NCBI GenBank assembly: GCA_027064715.1
Contig: JAMOPG010000233.1
Coordinates: 1,694 to 65,693 of the forward strand
Reading direction: 5' to 3'
DNA from: Desulfobacterales bacterium
Lineage (GTDB): Bacteria; Desulfobacterota; Desulfovibrionia; Desulfovibrionales; Desulfothermaceae
DNA length: 64,000 bases
Shown here in pieces: positions 58,782 to 64,000 of the stretch (its first letter is position 1; every line of letters starts with the position of its first letter). The notes under the pieces were generated by a model. That model was not told the DNA's origin, ran no database searches, and saw nothing but the letters and a program-made list of their open reading frames with translations. The position numbers and the translations under genes are program-made.

Positions 58782-58784
58782 CTC

Positions 58785-61867
<3,083 letters not shown>

Positions 61868-61883
61868 TAGGAGGTTAAATATT

Positions 61884-62666
61884 ATGGCAGTTCAAGTGAT
61901 TGTTATGGGAGCAGCTGGACGCATGGGGAGTATTATTGGCAAACTGGTTCAAGAAGATAAAGATATGGAACTTGTTGCCGCAGTTGAAAAAGAAGAATCT
62001 TTGTCAAATATCAATTTAAAGCCTAATTTGATTACTTCCTCTTTAGATAAAGCTGCATCAAAATACAAAGAAGCAGTTATTATAGATTTTACATATCCTG
62101 AAGTTACAATAAATAATGTACAAGTTGCACTCAAATACCATAACAAAATGGTCATTGGAACCACTGGTCTTAATGAAGAACAAATGGGTTTTCTTGAAAA
62201 GAGTGCAGCAAAGATTCCTATTTTATGGGCACCAAATATGAGCGTTGGGATAAATGTATTATTTGAACTCATGCCCAAAATTGTGGAGATGTTAGGGGAA
62301 CTCTATGATGTAGAAATTTCAGAGATTCACCATAAATTTAAAAAAGACGCCCCAAGTGGAACTGCTGTGAAATTGGCAGAGATACTTGCGAGGGCAAAGG
62401 GATTTGGAAAAGAAAATCTTCGTTATTGTCGGCAAGGCATAATAGGGGAAAGGCCCAAAAATGAAATCGGAGTGCAGAGTCTTAGGGGTGGTGATGTTGT
62501 TGGAGACCACACAATTTATTTCTTTGGTCCTGGTGAGAGAATAGAAATTACACATAGGGCCCATTCTAGAGAAACCTTTGCCCAAGGAGCTGTTAGGGCA
62601 GCTAAATGGATAAATGACAAAAGGCCTGGGAAATTATATTCTATGAAAGATGTCCTCTTAGCCTAA
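61884..62666 (+). CDS. dapB: 4-hydroxy-tetrahydrodipicolinate reductase
   Basis: GAAGRMG, IGTTG, APNMSVG and EIHHKFKKDAPSGTA motifs. Confidence 0.92.
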   Translation: MAVQVIVMGAAGRMGSIIGKLVQEDKDMELVAAVEKEESLSNINLKPNLITSSLDKAASKYKEAVIIDFTYPEVTINNVQVALKYHNKMVIGTTGLNEEQMGFLEKSAAKIPILWAPNMSVGINVLFELMPKIVEMLGELYDVEISEIHHKFKKDAPSGTAVKLAEILARAKGFGKENLRYCRQGIIGERPKNEIGVQSLRGGDVVGDHTIYFFGPGERIEITHRAHSRETFAQGAVRAAKWINDKRPGKLYSMKDVLLA

Positions 62667-62677
62667 AAACGTGATAA

Positions 62678-63478
62678 ATGAAAAAATATGTTTTAATAAT
62701 AATTTTTATTCTTATAAGTAGTAGTGGGGTCTGTTCCAGTTTAAAAGATCTGGATAAGGGGCTTCAATTTTACAATTTTCAGGGAGCCGTTGCAGGATAT
62801 AACTATGATATATATATTTTAAAAATAAATCCTGATTTTTATTCTCTAACGCTCCTTATGTGTTCAAAAACCAAGCAAAAACCCATGACACTAAAAAAAT
62901 GGGCTGAAAAATATAATTTAATAGCAGCGATTAATGCAAGTATGTTCTGGAAAGATCAAAGGACTAGTACTGGTTATATGCGATCCAATAAATACATCAA
63001 TCAAAAACTAATACATAAAGGATATGGGGGTTTTTTTGTCTTTGATCCTAAAGATAAAGATCTCCCTTATGTAGATATAGTTGAGAGAGGGAAAGCTATT
63101 GATAGCTGGAAAAATTTATTAGAAAGATATAACAATGTGATACAAAATTTTAGGATGATCAGTAAAAATGGGAAAAACCTTTGGAGGGAAAAGGAAAAAG
63201 CATTTAGTGTTTCAGCAATTGGAATTGATAAAAAACAAAATGTATTATTTATTTTTAGCAAATTTCCAGTACCAATGTATTATTTAAACGAAATACTTTT
63301 AAAATTGCCCATAAATATAAATGGTTGTTTATTTACTGAAGGTGGAAGCACATCAGGACTTTATATAAGATATAAAGATTTTGAATTTGAATCATCTGGA
63401 TATAGTCAGATAGAAGTTCTTCCCATGTCGGAGCAAAAACAGAATATACCAAATGTATTGGGAATAAAAAAAAGATAA
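62678..63478 (+). CDS. Secreted protein, possibly phosphodiester glycosidase (DUF2233) family
   Basis: Signal peptide. IAAINASMF and the C-terminal TEGGSTSGLY loosely resemble DUF2233 motifs. The assignment is tentative. Confidence 0.4.
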   Translation: MKKYVLIIIFILISSSGVCSSLKDLDKGLQFYNFQGAVAGYNYDIYILKINPDFYSLTLLMCSKTKQKPMTLKKWAEKYNLIAAINASMFWKDQRTSTGYMRSNKYINQKLIHKGYGGFFVFDPKDKDLPYVDIVERGKAIDSWKNLLERYNNVIQNFRMISKNGKNLWREKEKAFSVSAIGIDKKQNVLFIFSKFPVPMYYLNEILLKLPININGCLFTEGGSTSGLYIRYKDFEFESSGYSQIEVLPMSEQKQNIPNVLGIKKR

Positions 63479-63488
63479 GGATAGCAAA

Positions 63489-64000
63489 ATGACAAAAAAG
63501 GTATTTTTTTTAAATCTATTGATTATATTTTTTTTTACATCTACAATTAATTCTCAAGAAGACCAAATTTGTGATATAATTTTACAAAAATACAGGAAGA
63601 TAAATACAATAAAGACTTCATTTGATCAAATATTAAAAAGTAAAACAACAAAACAAGAAGAACAGAGAAAAGGTATAATTATATGTAAAAAGACAAAACA
63701 TGCATTAAAGGTAAGATGGGAAATCCAAAGCCCTGAAAAGGAAGTTTTAATAGTCAATGGTGATACAATATGGGATTATTTTCCTGAGAATGAGATTGCA
63801 TATAAATATAAACTTTCAAAAATAGAACAATCCAGGATAATTTTTGATTTAATATCTGGAAGGCTAAATATAAAAGAAAAATTTACCATTGAACCAGATA
63901 GAGATAAAAAAGATAAAAATTTGCAAAAATACAAACTAATTCCAAATAAGCCTGAACCTAATATGGTCCTGGTTTATTTGTGGATAGATAATGATTATTG
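63489..64000 (+). CDS. lolA: LolA-like outer-membrane lipoprotein carrier, 3' end outside the window
   Basis: Signal peptide, then FDQILKS...RKGIIICKKTKHALKVRWEIQSPEKEVLIVNGDTIWDYFPE, matching the LolA pattern F-Q...G-l...P-kfRW....P..q.iv.dG..lw.Y.P. The frame is open to the window end. Confidence 0.6.
   Translation, partial: MTKKVFFLNLLIIFFFTSTINSQEDQICDIILQKYRKINTIKTSFDQILKSKTTKQEEQRKGIIICKKTKHALKVRWEIQSPEKEVLIVNGDTIWDYFPENEIAYKYKLSKIEQSRIIFDLISGRLNIKEKFTIEPDRDKKDKNLQKYKLIPNKPEPNMVLVYLWIDNDY

Overview
AT-rich (roughly one-third GC by eye), densely coding chromosomal window. LptD and LolA indicate a Gram-negative cell envelope. NrdDG, a DsrMK/HdrDE-like module and a CobA-HemD fusion suggest an anaerobic sulfate/sulfur-reducer-like lineage; that assignment is inference only. 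Most genes are housekeeping: trpA (partial), cstA, pyrF, panB/panE, lptD, mutL, clpS/clpA, nrdG/nrdD, serB, cobA-hemD, valS, ktrBA-like, an oppCDF-like set, uvrB, ligA, dapB, lolA (partial). I saw no rRNA, tRNA or CRISPR array. The most unusual region is 28.6-37.4 kb. It holds a Lon protease that lacks the N-terminal substrate domain and has a CheY-like receiver inserted just before Walker A. This gene is divergent from a near-consensus sigma-54 promoter that has an upstream palindrome. That promoter precedes an unannotated 58-aa ORF and two USP-like genes, and all three share an AVxFAE..H motif. A DASS transporter, a histidine kinase and a sigma-54 activator follow; the activator's receiver is about 50 percent identical (hand alignment) to the one inside Lon. 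Other notable loci: a DsrM/DsrK-like pair co-operonic with a repeat (propeller-like) protein behind a candidate sigma-54 promoter; an ArsA/Get3-like ATPase translationally coupled to two unknown small proteins downstream of cstA; a CheD-HDOD fusion heading a putative operon with Sel1, KtrBA and a membrane-anchored dynamin-like GTPase; and several decay scars (cNMP/GspE remnant, class IV aminotransferase remnant plus IS3-family transposase tail, a sigma-54 activator fragment, a cytidylate-kinase-like stub).
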